Shown here one piece after another: positions 10,272-20,291 of a DNA stretch of 64,000 nt. The translations under genes were made by a program, and so were the position numbers. Positions within the stretch are counted from its first letter, which is position 1. Every line of letters starts with the position of its first letter. This stretch comes from Parcubacteria group bacterium Greene0416_36 (GTDB taxonomy: Bacteria; Patescibacteriota; Patescibacteriia; VMEV01). Location of the stretch: contig VMEV01000002.1 in NCBI GenBank assembly GCA_007375725.1, positions 45,992-109,991 on the forward strand. Direction: 5' to 3'. The notes beneath the pieces were generated by a model. That model did not search any database. It saw only the letters and a list, made by a program, of their open reading frames with translations, and was not told where the DNA came from.

Positions 10272-10315
10272 AAAAAAAGGTAGGGGCACAGCGCGCTGTG
10301 CTCCTACCTTTTTTT
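10272..10315. repeat. REP-like palindrome GTAGGGGCACAGCGCGCTGTGCTCCTAC with A/T tracts
   Basis: The same arms occur inside the glycosyltransferase gene at 56169-56226. Confidence 0.8.
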
Positions 10316-10580
10316 GAGGTGGCGCTATAAAAGAATACCGACGGCTCTTTGGCTTGTTAATAAGTTCATTTACAAAGATAGAAAACTGGTTTAAATCTTC
10401 TTTCAGATCAAAAATTTTTGTTCTCTTTATCCGTAAGACTCTTGGGGTTCTGGGTATGATTAGCTTTCCCTTCTTAACCGGGGCACAAGTGTTTTATTTC
10501 TCCACTGTTAAGTTTGGACCCCCGAGTCTTACGGATTTTCTTTGTAATTATCAGATTTTTTATCATTTTTTTATAAATAT

Positions 10581-10988
10581 ATGGATCTCAATCGCGTGTT
10601 TTTAATCGGTCATGTAGTCAAAGAGGTGGAAGTGAAAAAACTAGATAGCGGCAAGCAGTGTGCGCGTATTCTCGTGGCTACTAATTTCAAAAAAGGCAAA
10701 GAGGGGGAGAGTGAGGCTTTGTTTCACGAGGTGGTTGCCTGGGACAAGTTGGCCGAGATTGCGGCGAGTTATCTGGCCAAAGGGAAAAAGGTCTTTTTCG
10801 AAGGCCGATTGGACTATCGCTCGTGGGTGGACAAGGAGAATAAAAAACATTTCCGCACCCAGATTGTCGCGGATGAGATGATCTTGCTCGACCGAAAAAA
10901 TCCCGTCGGTGAGGTAAGCCGCGAGGAAACCGAAGAAGGATCCGTCAAGGTAGGGCTTTCGGAAGATCCGTTTGGGTCGGCGGCGTAG
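10581..10988 (+). CDS. ssb: Single-stranded DNA-binding protein
   Basis: LNRVFLIG...VVAWDKLAE...YLAKG...EGRL OB-fold pattern; acidic tail ending in DPF-GSAA. May be a secondary ssb paralogue. Confidence 0.9.
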   Translation: MDLNRVFLIGHVVKEVEVKKLDSGKQCARILVATNFKKGKEGESEALFHEVVAWDKLAEIAASYLAKGKKVFFEGRLDYRSWVDKENKKHFRTQIVADEMILLDRKNPVGEVSREETEEGSVKVGLSEDPFGSAA

Positions 10989-11102
10989 GGTTAGGGTCCG
11001 GGAGGGGGAGAGGATAGCTAATAGCCTAGCCATTCGCTCCTCCTTCCGGAATATTTGCGGGTGATTCGTCGCCGCGGGTGAGGGGCCGGACGGAGAAAAA
11101 GG

Positions 11103-11140
11103 AAAATCAGACCCGCTGCTAATAGAGGGTCTGATTTTTT
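11103..11140 (+). terminator. Rho-independent terminator after ssb
   Basis: AAAATCAGACCC-loop-GGGTCTGATTTT followed by a T run. Confidence 0.7.
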
Positions 11141-11290
11141 TATAAACGACAAGGTTTTATCCTTGGCAATAAAAGAATAAAAAGAAAACCCGCCCTGTTT
11201 AGTTTCGTGGATAAGTTGTTGATTTCTAGGTATTCTTTTAAAATGAATAGGGTTATAATAATGGAAAATTCTTTAGTCTTTTTTAACTTT

Positions 11291-12319
11291 ATGGGGGGAA
11301 ATTATGATTCTTGGTTGATTGATATTGAGTCTTTTCCAGCGGATAAAAGCTGGGAAGAGAGGATCAAGTTTTTAATTGGTTTTGCTGTCTTGGCTCCTTC
11401 TAGCCACAATAGCCAGCCTTGGGTATTCAAGATTCGCGAGAATGAACTGTTTATAAATTTTGAGGCATCACGCGATCTGCCAGGAAGCGACCCCGGTGGC
11501 AGGCAGGCATGGACAAGCATTGGATGTGCAATGGAGAATTTGTGTATTTCATCTTCTTTTTACGGGCTTTCTTATAAAATAGAATATTTTTTTGTGGGGA
11601 CGGAAGAACCTTTTGTGAAGGTGATTTTTGAGTTAGCGAAAAATAATGCGGTTAGGCCTTCCCGTACTCTCATGCAGGCAATGCTCAATCGCCGTACCAA
11701 TAGAGGTGCTTATGGCAGGAAGATTCCTCTAGATTTTATTTCTGATGCGGCGGGATTCAATTCTCCGGCGTGCCGTATTGATTTTGTGAGCGATCCTGCT
11801 GGAATAGAAAAAATCGGCGAGATTGTCATTTCTTCGACTATTGATGCTTTCCGCAATCCGCTTTTTGGGCAGGAGCTTTCTGGGTATGTGAAATCCAACT
11901 GGACCCGAGCGGGCGCGGGTATTCCGGGTTTCGCGTTGGGGATTCCGGCTCCTATTTCACTTCTTGCTTCCTTTATGGTTCGCCGATTCAATATGGGAGA
12001 GCTGGGGGCCAAACAGGACCGGCAATTATACCGGGAAGGAACGCCGGTTTGGGGGATGGTGTCCTGTTCGGGGGACCATCGGAAAGATTGGGTTTGCGCT
12101 GGCATGCTGTACGAGAAACTTGCGCTTTTGGCAACCAAAAAAGGATTGGCGAGCGCCATGCAAGCTGCTCCTGTCCAGGTTGGCGAGTATTGGAAGAGCC
12201 TGCAGGAAGTTTTCCGGACGAGTTTTCGTCCGCTGGCCTTGTTCCGTTTGGGTTATCCCAGCCGCGAGGCTCGGCCCACTCCGCGCTTTTCGGCGGATCA
12301 GGTTTTGATTAGCCGCTAA
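11291..12319 (+). CDS. Acg/Rv3131-type FMN-binding nitroreductase-family protein
   Basis: LAPSSHNSQPW, DPxGR...SIGCAMENL, RRTNRG and FRLGY...TPR motifs; start uncertain (11261 or 11291). Confidence 0.88.
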   Translation: MGGNYDSWLIDIESFPADKSWEERIKFLIGFAVLAPSSHNSQPWVFKIRENELFINFEASRDLPGSDPGGRQAWTSIGCAMENLCISSSFYGLSYKIEYFFVGTEEPFVKVIFELAKNNAVRPSRTLMQAMLNRRTNRGAYGRKIPLDFISDAAGFNSPACRIDFVSDPAGIEKIGEIVISSTIDAFRNPLFGQELSGYVKSNWTRAGAGIPGFALGIPAPISLLASFMVRRFNMGELGAKQDRQLYREGTPVWGMVSCSGDHRKDWVCAGMLYEKLALLATKKGLASAMQAAPVQVGEYWKSLQEVFRTSFRPLALFRLGYPSREARPTPRFSADQVLISR

Positions 12320-12329
12320 AATTTTTTTT

Positions 12330-14873
12330 ATGCAGAAAATTTCATGCCAGAGTTATCCGGACTTTGATAATCATGAATGCGTGGTCAAGATTGAGGATTC
12401 CTCCGTGGGACTTCTCGCTTTTATCGCGATTCATAATAGCGCCTTGGGTCCAGCCACCGGTGGAACGCGTATGTTTGATTACGGGACGGAAGAAGGGGCT
12501 GTCGCCGACGTGCTCCGCCTTTCCCGTGCGATGACCTACAAGTGCGCGGCTGCGGACGTGCCACATGGGGGAGGGAAGGCTGTGATCATGGGGGATCCTA
12601 GAAAAATGAAGACTCCGGCGCTTCTGCGCGCTTTTGCCAAAGCGGTCAATGAGCTGGAAGGAGCTTTTTCAACTGGAACCGATGCGGGGATTACAAAGGA
12701 AGATGTAGAAATCATGAGAGAAGTATCCGGTTTTATCAATGGGAAACATGGGGGAGACCCTGCTCCTTATGCGGCTCTGGGCACTTTTTATGGAATCCAA
12801 AGCGCATTACTGGAATGTTTCGGAAACGCGGATTGTCATGGGAGGGTCGTGGCCATCAAGGGAATAGGAAAAGTGGGGAGATCTTTGATCAGCCTCTTGG
12901 ACAAAGCAGGCGCGAAAATCATCGCGGCCGACATCGATGATGCCGCGGTCGCCTGGGTTAAGTCTCATTTTCCGTCGGTTCGATTGGCCAGTCCGTGGGA
13001 GATCCACCGCCAGAGGGCAGACGTGTTTTGTCCCTGTGCCATGGGGGGGGAGATCAGCCGCAAGGCCGCAATGGAAATTACGGCACGGATTGTCTGTGGC
13101 GCGGCCAATAACCAACTAAGGGATCCGGCTTGCGAGCAGATTTTATTTGGCCGAGGTATTTTGTATGTGCCTGATTTTGTCGCCAATGCTGGGGGGCTGA
13201 TCCATGTGGTCGACGAACTGGCTCCTCTGGGTTATGACGCGGACCGGGTTCGAGAGAAAATCAATAATATCAGATCCTTACTGGGGAATATTTTTGAGCT
13301 TGCAAGGAGGGATCTGCGGCTTCCCAACCAGGTGGCCGAGGAGATTGCAGAAAAAAAATTCAATAAAAAATATCCGGCAAGTCCTTTGGAGATTCACGAG
13401 AATGCAAAAACCCTCCTAGATCTTTATCTTTCCAAGGAAGACCCTTTTTGGGAAAGTTTGAGGGAGAAGAGAACCCTGGAACTGTTCCACGCGGCTGCCC
13501 GTTTGGTGCCCGCTTACTCTGATTTTCTCAAAAAACATGAAGTGAATCCTTCTAAAATCCGGACGTGGTCGGATTTCCAAAAAAATGTTCCCGTGATGGA
13601 TAAGAAAAATTATCTCCGGGCCTATCCCCTAGAGGCGATGACTTGGGGAGGAACCCTCAAAGGGAAGCCCCTTAATTTTGCCGCGACTTCAGGCTCCACT
13701 GGCGTTCCCTTCTATTTTCCCAGAAGCCCGCAGCTGGAGTGGCAGTGTTCGCTGACCCTCGAACTTTTTCTCCGGAGCAGTTCATTTGGCACCCAGGGTC
13801 CAATCGCAGTGATCAATGCTTTTTCTATGGGCGTGTGGATGGGCGGAATGATCACGTTCAAAGCGTTTGACATGATCAATCAGCGAGGCCATTGCCCGGT
13901 TTCGGTTCTATGTACCGGCAACAGCAAGCCGGCTATTTTTGCCGCTCTCCGCGAGTGGGCGCCGCACTTCAGCGAGGTCATTCTCATTGGTTATCCGCCC
14001 TTTATCAAAGATGTGATCGACGAGGGGCCGTCGGAGGGAATTGACTGGTCGAAGATCCGTTTGAGGCTGCATTTCGCGACCGAATCTTTTTCTGAAGAGT
14101 TTCGCGATTATATGGCCCAAAAAGCCTCTCTCAAAAATCCGTATTTGGACACCATGAATATTTATGGTTCCGCGGATATCGGCGCCATGGGTTTTGAGAC
14201 TCCCCAAGCCATACTTTTTAGGAAGTTGATTGTATCTAGCTCCGAGGCCGCTCAGGCTCTCTTCTCGGGCAAGACGGCAACGCTTGCGCAGTTCAATCCT
14301 TATTTCATCAATTTTGAAGCTCCGGATAAAAATGTTCTTCTCAGCGGCGACAACACCATTCCGCTTCTTCGGTACTCGCTGGGAGATAAGGGGGGGGTTT
14401 TGTCTTATAAGGATATGACTGCTCATATGGATACCCATGTTCCGCTGTGGAGGGAAGAAATGTCAAAAGCGGGGATCGTCCAGAGATATTCATTGCCGTT
14501 TGTCTATGTTTATGAGCGGGGAGACCTGTCCGTGAGTTTGTATGGAGCCAAGGTCTATCCGGAAACGATCCGAAAAGTTTTTCTCGAGGGCAGGTTCAGT
14601 GATTTCTATACTGGCAAGTTCACCTTGATTGTTCGCTATGACCAGGAGCAGAACCAGCATCTGGAGGTTCATGTGGAACAAAAAAAAGATGCTCCTCGGT
14701 CAGATTCTAAAATGCTCGCCGATGCGATTGTCGCCCTTTTGGTGCATGAAAATGCCGAGTACCGAAGTCATCATGATCAAATTCCGGACAAGGTTTTGCC
14801 GGACGTGATTCTATGGCCATTTGGGGATCCTCTGCATTTCGGGCCCAATCCCAAACAGCAGTGGATCAAATGA
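12330..14873 (+). CDS. Fusion: Leu/Phe/Val dehydrogenase (N-terminal ~345 aa) plus phenylacetate-CoA-ligase-like adenylate-forming domain
   Basis: GPATGGTRM, MTYK, GGGKAVI, GIGKVG, GAANNQL and PDFVANAGG, then TSGSTG, YGSAD and LRYSLGD, all in one frame. Confidence 0.88.
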   Translation: MQKISCQSYPDFDNHECVVKIEDSSVGLLAFIAIHNSALGPATGGTRMFDYGTEEGAVADVLRLSRAMTYKCAAADVPHGGGKAVIMGDPRKMKTPALLRAFAKAVNELEGAFSTGTDAGITKEDVEIMREVSGFINGKHGGDPAPYAALGTFYGIQSALLECFGNADCHGRVVAIKGIGKVGRSLISLLDKAGAKIIAADIDDAAVAWVKSHFPSVRLASPWEIHRQRADVFCPCAMGGEISRKAAMEITARIVCGAANNQLRDPACEQILFGRGILYVPDFVANAGGLIHVVDELAPLGYDADRVREKINNIRSLLGNIFELARRDLRLPNQVAEEIAEKKFNKKYPASPLEIHENAKTLLDLYLSKEDPFWESLREKRTLELFHAAARLVPAYSDFLKKHEVNPSKIRTWSDFQKNVPVMDKKNYLRAYPLEAMTWGGTLKGKPLNFAATSGSTGVPFYFPRSPQLEWQCSLTLELFLRSSSFGTQGPIAVINAFSMGVWMGGMITFKAFDMINQRGHCPVSVLCTGNSKPAIFAALREWAPHFSEVILIGYPPFIKDVIDEGPSEGIDWSKIRLRLHFATESFSEEFRDYMAQKASLKNPYLDTMNIYGSADIGAMGFETPQAILFRKLIVSSSEAAQALFSGKTATLAQFNPYFINFEAPDKNVLLSGDNTIPLLRYSLGDKGGVLSYKDMTAHMDTHVPLWREEMSKAGIVQRYSLPFVYVYERGDLSVSLYGAKVYPETIRKVFLEGRFSDFYTGKFTLIVRYDQEQNQHLEVHVEQKKDAPRSDSKMLADAIVALLVHENAEYRSHHDQIPDKVLPDVILWPFGDPLHFGPNPKQQWIK

Positions 14874-14915
14874 TTGCCAACTATTTTTTTAATCTTTTAT
14901 TTTTGATGAAAAAAT

Positions 14916-16100
14916 ATGAATATCGAGCAGTTTTTGCTGGAAAAACAAAAAGAGAATCTAGATATCAGCCGGCCTCTCGTTTTAAATTTGGCGGCTGAGT
15001 CTGGGAGAGTGCTTCTGGAATATCTCACTAAAGATGGCAAAATCGCTCGGGTATCGGATGATTTCGAGGAGCAGATGCGGGAATATTTTGCGGTAGAGCA
15101 TCCGGAACTTATTTTCCATCCTGAGTTTAAAAAATATTTCGAAGATTATTGGCAGGGCCTCCTCCACGAGAAGCCAAGATGGCAGCATGGAGTCTGGGTT
15201 TATTTTCCATGGATGCTGTCATTGATTCATGTCTTGGATGAAGAGGCATTCAATTGTGTCCGCACGGCTAGAAATAAGCACCTGATTACGGAAGCGGAAC
15301 AGAAAAAGTTTTATGAATCGACCATTGGAATCGCCGGCCTCAGCGTGGGAAATAGCGTGGCTCTCTCTATTGTTTTGGGCGGGGGAGCCAAGCGCATCAA
15401 GCTGGCTGATTTTGACCGCTTGTCCCTGTCCAATCTCAACCGCATCCGCGGCGGGGTGGAGTGTCTGGGTTTTCTGAAGGTCGAGATGACCGCGCGACAG
15501 ATCTACTCGCTCAATCCGTTTACAGAAGTGGAGTATTTCCCTGGCGGCCTCAATGAAGAGAATATGGATCGTTTTTTCGACGGGCTGGATCTCGTCGTCG
15601 ACGAAATCGATAATCTCGGCATCAAATACCGGATACGTCAGGAAGCCAAAAAACGCAAGCTGCCGGTTGTCATGGCTGCGGATAACGGTGATAATGGCGT
15701 GGTAGATATTGACCGTTATGATCTGGATCCTGAGCTCGAATTTTTCCATGGCCGCATGGGAGATCTCAAGTACGAAGATCTGATCCGCCTCAATAAGATG
15801 GAGATCGGGAAATTGATCACCCGGCTGGTGGGGCCTGAGAATGTGACTGAAAGAATGCAGCAGTCTCTCATGGAAATTGGAAAAACCGTGGTGTCCTGGC
15901 CTCAGCTGGGGGGCGCGGCGCTTCTCAACGGCTCGGCCGTTGCCTATTGCGTGCGTAGGATTCTCAATCATCAAAGTGTGTTTGATAACCGCACTCTCAT
16001 TTCATGGGATGAACTTATGGATCCTGAGCATAATACGGATCTGCAAAAAAAGCACCGAGCGGAGCTGACCCTCGAATTTAAGAAAAAGTTCGGTTTATAA
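14916..16100 (+). CDS. ThiF-family adenylyltransferase, Rv1355c/OxzB-like (no fused nitroreductase domain)
   Basis: WVYFPW...VRTARN..LIT..EQ N-terminal extension; IAGLSVG, LADFDRLSLSNLNR and SWPQL motifs. Confidence 0.88.
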   Translation: MNIEQFLLEKQKENLDISRPLVLNLAAESGRVLLEYLTKDGKIARVSDDFEEQMREYFAVEHPELIFHPEFKKYFEDYWQGLLHEKPRWQHGVWVYFPWMLSLIHVLDEEAFNCVRTARNKHLITEAEQKKFYESTIGIAGLSVGNSVALSIVLGGGAKRIKLADFDRLSLSNLNRIRGGVECLGFLKVEMTARQIYSLNPFTEVEYFPGGLNEENMDRFFDGLDLVVDEIDNLGIKYRIRQEAKKRKLPVVMAADNGDNGVVDIDRYDLDPELEFFHGRMGDLKYEDLIRLNKMEIGKLITRLVGPENVTERMQQSLMEIGKTVVSWPQLGGAALLNGSAVAYCVRRILNHQSVFDNRTLISWDELMDPEHNTDLQKKHRAELTLEFKKKFGL

Positions 16101-16167
16101 AAAAGACGATGGGATTACAGGGTGGAATAAGTTATAATATAATAAATTTATTTTTGTTTCGTCCCTT

Positions 16168-17040
16168 ATGAAAGCTGAACAGAGATTGTTGGGAAAGTTT
16201 GCAACTCCATTTACCCTCGGTCAAATAGATGTGGGAAATTTTCGGATCAATTACATTCAAGGGGGAAAAGGCGAGCCTCTGTTACTCATTCATGGAGCTA
16301 ATATCGGATGGGGCCAGTGGCACTTGAATCTGGATGAAATGGCTAAAAAAAATGAAGTATTCGCGATAGATTTACCAGGATCAGGAGGATCGACTAAAAT
16401 AGAAATGAAGGACTCAAATCTCGAAGAAGATTTTGTGGAGACAGTTCATCAGTTTCTAGAAAAAAAAGGAATTACTCAAGTAAATATCTGCGCACATTCT
16501 TTGGGTGGTTGGGTGGCTTTAAAGCTGTCACTTCGGGCCCCTCAACTTGTGAAGAAAATGGTGCTTCTCAGTCCGGTAGGGCTTTCTTCGTATTTGCCTT
16601 GGCAATATCGACTGATGGGTTTTTCTTTTTTCGTAAGAGTGCTTACCCAGAAATGTGTTCCGGTGAATAGAAAGAATATGGCAGATTTTCTAGGTAGTGT
16701 ATGCAAAAAGAAAGATTTTTTGACGGATGATTTCGTCGATTATTATTTTGAATCTATAACAAGGGGGGAGAGAGTGACACACCCCTTTTGGTGTATCCAC
16801 CGATTGTGTGATATTGGCAAGATGAGGTCTGAGTTTTATTTAGCGGATGAAATAAAAACCATCCGTGCGGAAGTACTATGGATTTGGGGCAGGGAAGATC
16901 CTTTATTTCCATTGAGAAAGAATGCCAATATTTCAAATGCTTTGAAAGGAAAAACTGAAGTTTTTGAGAATACTGGGCATGTTGCCTGTCTTGAAAATCA
17001 TTCGTTATTTAACGAGATTTGTTGTAGGTATCTGGGATAA
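16168..17040 (+). CDS. Alpha/beta-fold hydrolase
   Basis: LIHG, DLPGSG, nucleophile elbow AHSLGG, WGREDP and GH motifs. Confidence 0.9.
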   Translation: MKAEQRLLGKFATPFTLGQIDVGNFRINYIQGGKGEPLLLIHGANIGWGQWHLNLDEMAKKNEVFAIDLPGSGGSTKIEMKDSNLEEDFVETVHQFLEKKGITQVNICAHSLGGWVALKLSLRAPQLVKKMVLLSPVGLSSYLPWQYRLMGFSFFVRVLTQKCVPVNRKNMADFLGSVCKKKDFLTDDFVDYYFESITRGERVTHPFWCIHRLCDIGKMRSEFYLADEIKTIRAEVLWIWGREDPLFPLRKNANISNALKGKTEVFENTGHVACLENHSLFNEICCRYLG

Positions 17041-17061
17041 AAATACAAATTACAATTCCTT

Positions 17062-19230
17062 ATGGGGGGAGTTATAGCGCTAAGGCTAGGTATTTTGAGC
17101 GTTGTTATCGTTTTGAATTTTTTCGTTTCAATTTTTGTTTATAGAAAAAATCGCCAAAGTGCGACGAATATTATATTCGTTATTCTTACAGCTTTGATTT
17201 CCGCTTGGCTGGTAGTTTTGTTTTTGGCTGATTATCCTGAGCTTAATTTATTTTGGGCCAGAATGACTAATTTTGTGGCAACGGCGATGAGCCTTGCTTT
17301 TTTGCTTTTGGTTCACACATTACCAGACTTTCAGCTGAGAATGCGAAAACGTAGTTTGTTTTTTCTGCTAAGCGTGACCCTGATTGTCATGATAGCGACT
17401 GTTTCTCCCTATACATTTACAGGGATTGATATTGTGGATGGGGTTCGGCAAGTAAAAGTGGGGCCTGGGATGATTTTGTTTTCTCTGTTCAACCCTCTGT
17501 GTAATATCGCAGCTATTTATTTGCTCTTCGAGAAATATCGACGTGCTTCTGGGATAGAGAAACAGCAGCTGCGATTTATTCTTTTGGGTATTTTCGTCAT
17601 GTTCGCGATGATTATCGCGACTATTTTGATTCCTGTTTTATTTTTTCAGCAGCATTTTTACGTCGCCTTTGCTCCTTTGTATGCATTGTGTTTTATTTTT
17701 GGAACAGCTTATTCAATTGTCAAATATCGTTTCCTTGATATCCGCCTCGTGATACGAAAAAGCGTGGCATATGCATTGTCGCTGAGTGTGACCTTGGGGG
17801 TTTGCGGGCTCATCATGAATGCAATGATCTATGCGAGCCCCTATCAGTCCTGGTTCGGTTATTTTATTTTGGTTTTGGGCATTGTTTTATTCAATCCTAT
17901 CCACAAAAAAATATTGGTTATTTCCAATCGGTATTTTTTTCAGTCTTTTTATGATTATAGGAAAGCTCTGCTTGAAACTGGCCAGAAAATTTTGAGTCTC
18001 ATTACCCTCGAAGATATTTCGCGGGAGATTTTCGTACCCCTCTTGCGCAATTTACAGCTGGAATTTTGCGGCATTTATCTTTCATACAAAAAACCGTTTT
18101 TTCACGCCTTGTCTGAATCGGGAGAATTTGAAGTTCCCAAAAAAGAATTAGCGTCGCTCGCTCATTTATTGTCTCTTTATTCAAAAGGTAGAATTATTCT
18201 GGCTCAGGAATTCTATTCCCGCAAATTTCATCTTTCGGCTGAATTCAAGCAAAAGATGGTGAGCAATAAAATTGAGGTGATTTTGCCGCTCATTTCAGGT
18301 AAAAATTTTCTTGGGTTTTTATTTTTGGGCTCCAAAATTTCACGAGAACCCTTCACTCTTGAAGATATTCAGCTTTTGGAGCTTATCAATACCCAGCTTT
18401 CCCCGGCCATTGCCAATGCTAGCCACTTCCGAGAGCTCAAAATCGTCAATGTCCATTTGGAAGAAAAAGTGGCCGAACAAGTGCAAAAAATCCGAGATCT
18501 TTATGATGTCAAAGCCGAATTTTTGAGCATTAGCTCCCATCAGCTCCGAACCCCTCTGACCGTCATCATCGGGATGCTCGATATGATTCGAGAGGGAGCG
18601 GTGCGCGGCAAAAAACGCGATGATTTTTTATCTAAAGTAATGGCTTCGGCTGTGAGACTGAACCGGGTTGTCAATGATATTATGGATTCCCATGAATTGG
18701 ACCGTGGCGCCAAACATTACAAAAAAGGCCTTGTTGATTTACGTGATATGATTAAAAATGTCTATGATGCTTTTTTGCCTAAAGCTCAAGAGAAAAATGT
18801 GGAATTGAAATTAGATTTTGTATCTAGTAATTCATTGATTTGGGCGGACCCTAAAATTCGAGATGTTTTTGTCAATCTGATCGATAATGCCCTCTGCTAT
18901 ACCCCTAAAGGGGCGGTGACGGTGAAACTCTACAATTCAGATGCCCATCATGTTGGCGTGGACGTGGTGGATTCTGGGGTTGGCATGTCGAAAGATACGA
19001 TTGCGTCTCTCTTTCAGAAGTTTTCGCGAGGGAAGAATATTCGGCAGATCCGTCCCAATGGATCGGGGTTGGGATTGTTTATTGTGCGAAAAATTCTTGA
19101 AAATAATCACGGATCCGTTGAGGCAACCTCTATGGGAGAAGGTACTGGCAGTACCTTTTCCGTGCGCCTGCCGATTGCTTCTCCCAAATATTTGGTCCGG
19201 TCAGCGGAAAAGGAAAATGAAACCGAGTAG
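17062..19230 (+). CDS. Sensor histidine kinase: N-terminal 7TM-type membrane sensor, GAF-like domain, HisKA, HATPase
   Basis: Multiple TM helices, IVKYRFLDI, H-box SHQLRTPL, NLIDNA, DSGVG and GSGLGL. Confidence 0.92.
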   Translation: MGGVIALRLGILSVVIVLNFFVSIFVYRKNRQSATNIIFVILTALISAWLVVLFLADYPELNLFWARMTNFVATAMSLAFLLLVHTLPDFQLRMRKRSLFFLLSVTLIVMIATVSPYTFTGIDIVDGVRQVKVGPGMILFSLFNPLCNIAAIYLLFEKYRRASGIEKQQLRFILLGIFVMFAMIIATILIPVLFFQQHFYVAFAPLYALCFIFGTAYSIVKYRFLDIRLVIRKSVAYALSLSVTLGVCGLIMNAMIYASPYQSWFGYFILVLGIVLFNPIHKKILVISNRYFFQSFYDYRKALLETGQKILSLITLEDISREIFVPLLRNLQLEFCGIYLSYKKPFFHALSESGEFEVPKKELASLAHLLSLYSKGRIILAQEFYSRKFHLSAEFKQKMVSNKIEVILPLISGKNFLGFLFLGSKISREPFTLEDIQLLELINTQLSPAIANASHFRELKIVNVHLEEKVAEQVQKIRDLYDVKAEFLSISSHQLRTPLTVIIGMLDMIREGAVRGKKRDDFLSKVMASAVRLNRVVNDIMDSHELDRGAKHYKKGLVDLRDMIKNVYDAFLPKAQEKNVELKLDFVSSNSLIWADPKIRDVFVNLIDNALCYTPKGAVTVKLYNSDAHHVGVDVVDSGVGMSKDTIASLFQKFSRGKNIRQIRPNGSGLGLFIVRKILENNHGSVEATSMGEGTGSTFSVRLPIASPKYLVRSAEKENETE

Positions 19231-19287
19231 GTTGTATGGTTTTTATTGGAAAATGGCTAGAGGAAGCTGATTATTTTTTTTATATCC

Positions 19288-19334
19288 GTGGCATTTGTAG
19301 GGACGTTGCATTGCAACGTCCCTACAAATGCCAC
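19288..19334. repeat. REP-like palindrome GTAGGGACGTTGCA...CCCTAC with symmetric flanks
   Basis: Similar core at 59960-59987. Confidence 0.8.
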
Positions 19335-19376
19335 TAATTTGTGCTTATCTACACCTTATCCACATTGTGAATTACT

Positions 19377-20105
19377 ATGAAAGAGCAACTCATCAATTTA
19401 GGTTTTTCCGATTCCCAGGCCCGTTCGTACGAGATATTGCTCGAGCATCGTTGGGTTTTACCCTCCACCTTGGCCAAATTTTTGGGTATTTCACAAACCG
19501 GAGCGCAGAAGATTTTGAATTTCTTTTCCAGCGAAGGGTTGGTCCGTCAGCGGCCCATTGGCAAGAAAAATTATTACGGGATTACAGATTTGGGGGCGTT
19601 CGAAGATTTTTTGGCGCGGCGGGAGCTCCGGGCACTTCGAGAAATGGAGCGTCAAAAAGAGGAGGGCAGGAAGGCTCTCCAGGACGCGCACTTGAGTTTC
19701 TCCCAGAAAAATAAGGATTTATCGGTGTTTTTCGTCGATGGCCCCTCTCGTCTTTCCCATATCGAGACTCATATTCTCAATTGTGTCTCCGGCGATATTT
19801 TGGGGTTTTCTAGCGGTGAATTGAAATATAAAACTCTCACTGCCAAGTCCCCTGCCCAGCGATTCAAGATTATTTATACCGGCCCAAAATGCTCGCTTCC
19901 CAAAAAAGGCCAAGAACATTTCAGGGTGAAAGACCCCGCAGACTTGCCTCAAAATACGGTCGAAGTATTGCTGTTTCCGGACAAGGTTATTTTTGTGCTG
20001 GATGAGCAGGACCGCAATCTGGTCCTCTTGGATCCCTCGGTGGTGGAGACCCTTCGCTGCCTATTTTCATTGGCATTATCTAGCTCCCGAGTCGTTAAGC
20101 TTTAA
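19377..20105 (+). CDS. TrmB-like transcriptional regulator
   Basis: LINLGFSDSQARSYEILL...EGLV wHTH followed by an effector-type domain. Confidence 0.7.
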   Translation: MKEQLINLGFSDSQARSYEILLEHRWVLPSTLAKFLGISQTGAQKILNFFSSEGLVRQRPIGKKNYYGITDLGAFEDFLARRELRALREMERQKEEGRKALQDAHLSFSQKNKDLSVFFVDGPSRLSHIETHILNCVSGDILGFSSGELKYKTLTAKSPAQRFKIIYTGPKCSLPKKGQEHFRVKDPADLPQNTVEVLLFPDKVIFVLDEQDRNLVLLDPSVVETLRCLFSLALSSSRVVKL

Positions 20106-20291
20106 GCGCCGTCGCTTTTTGTATTTTAAACTGAACTAATTCGGTTTTTAATTCTGCCTTGTCTTTATTACATATATTTTATTTATCAACCCGTCTGTGT
20201 TTTTGTTGACAAATTGTGGATAACTCTGGTAAGCCTTATATCAATAATGTTTTATAACATTATTGGTTCTTTATAATCATATCTAGGGGGT

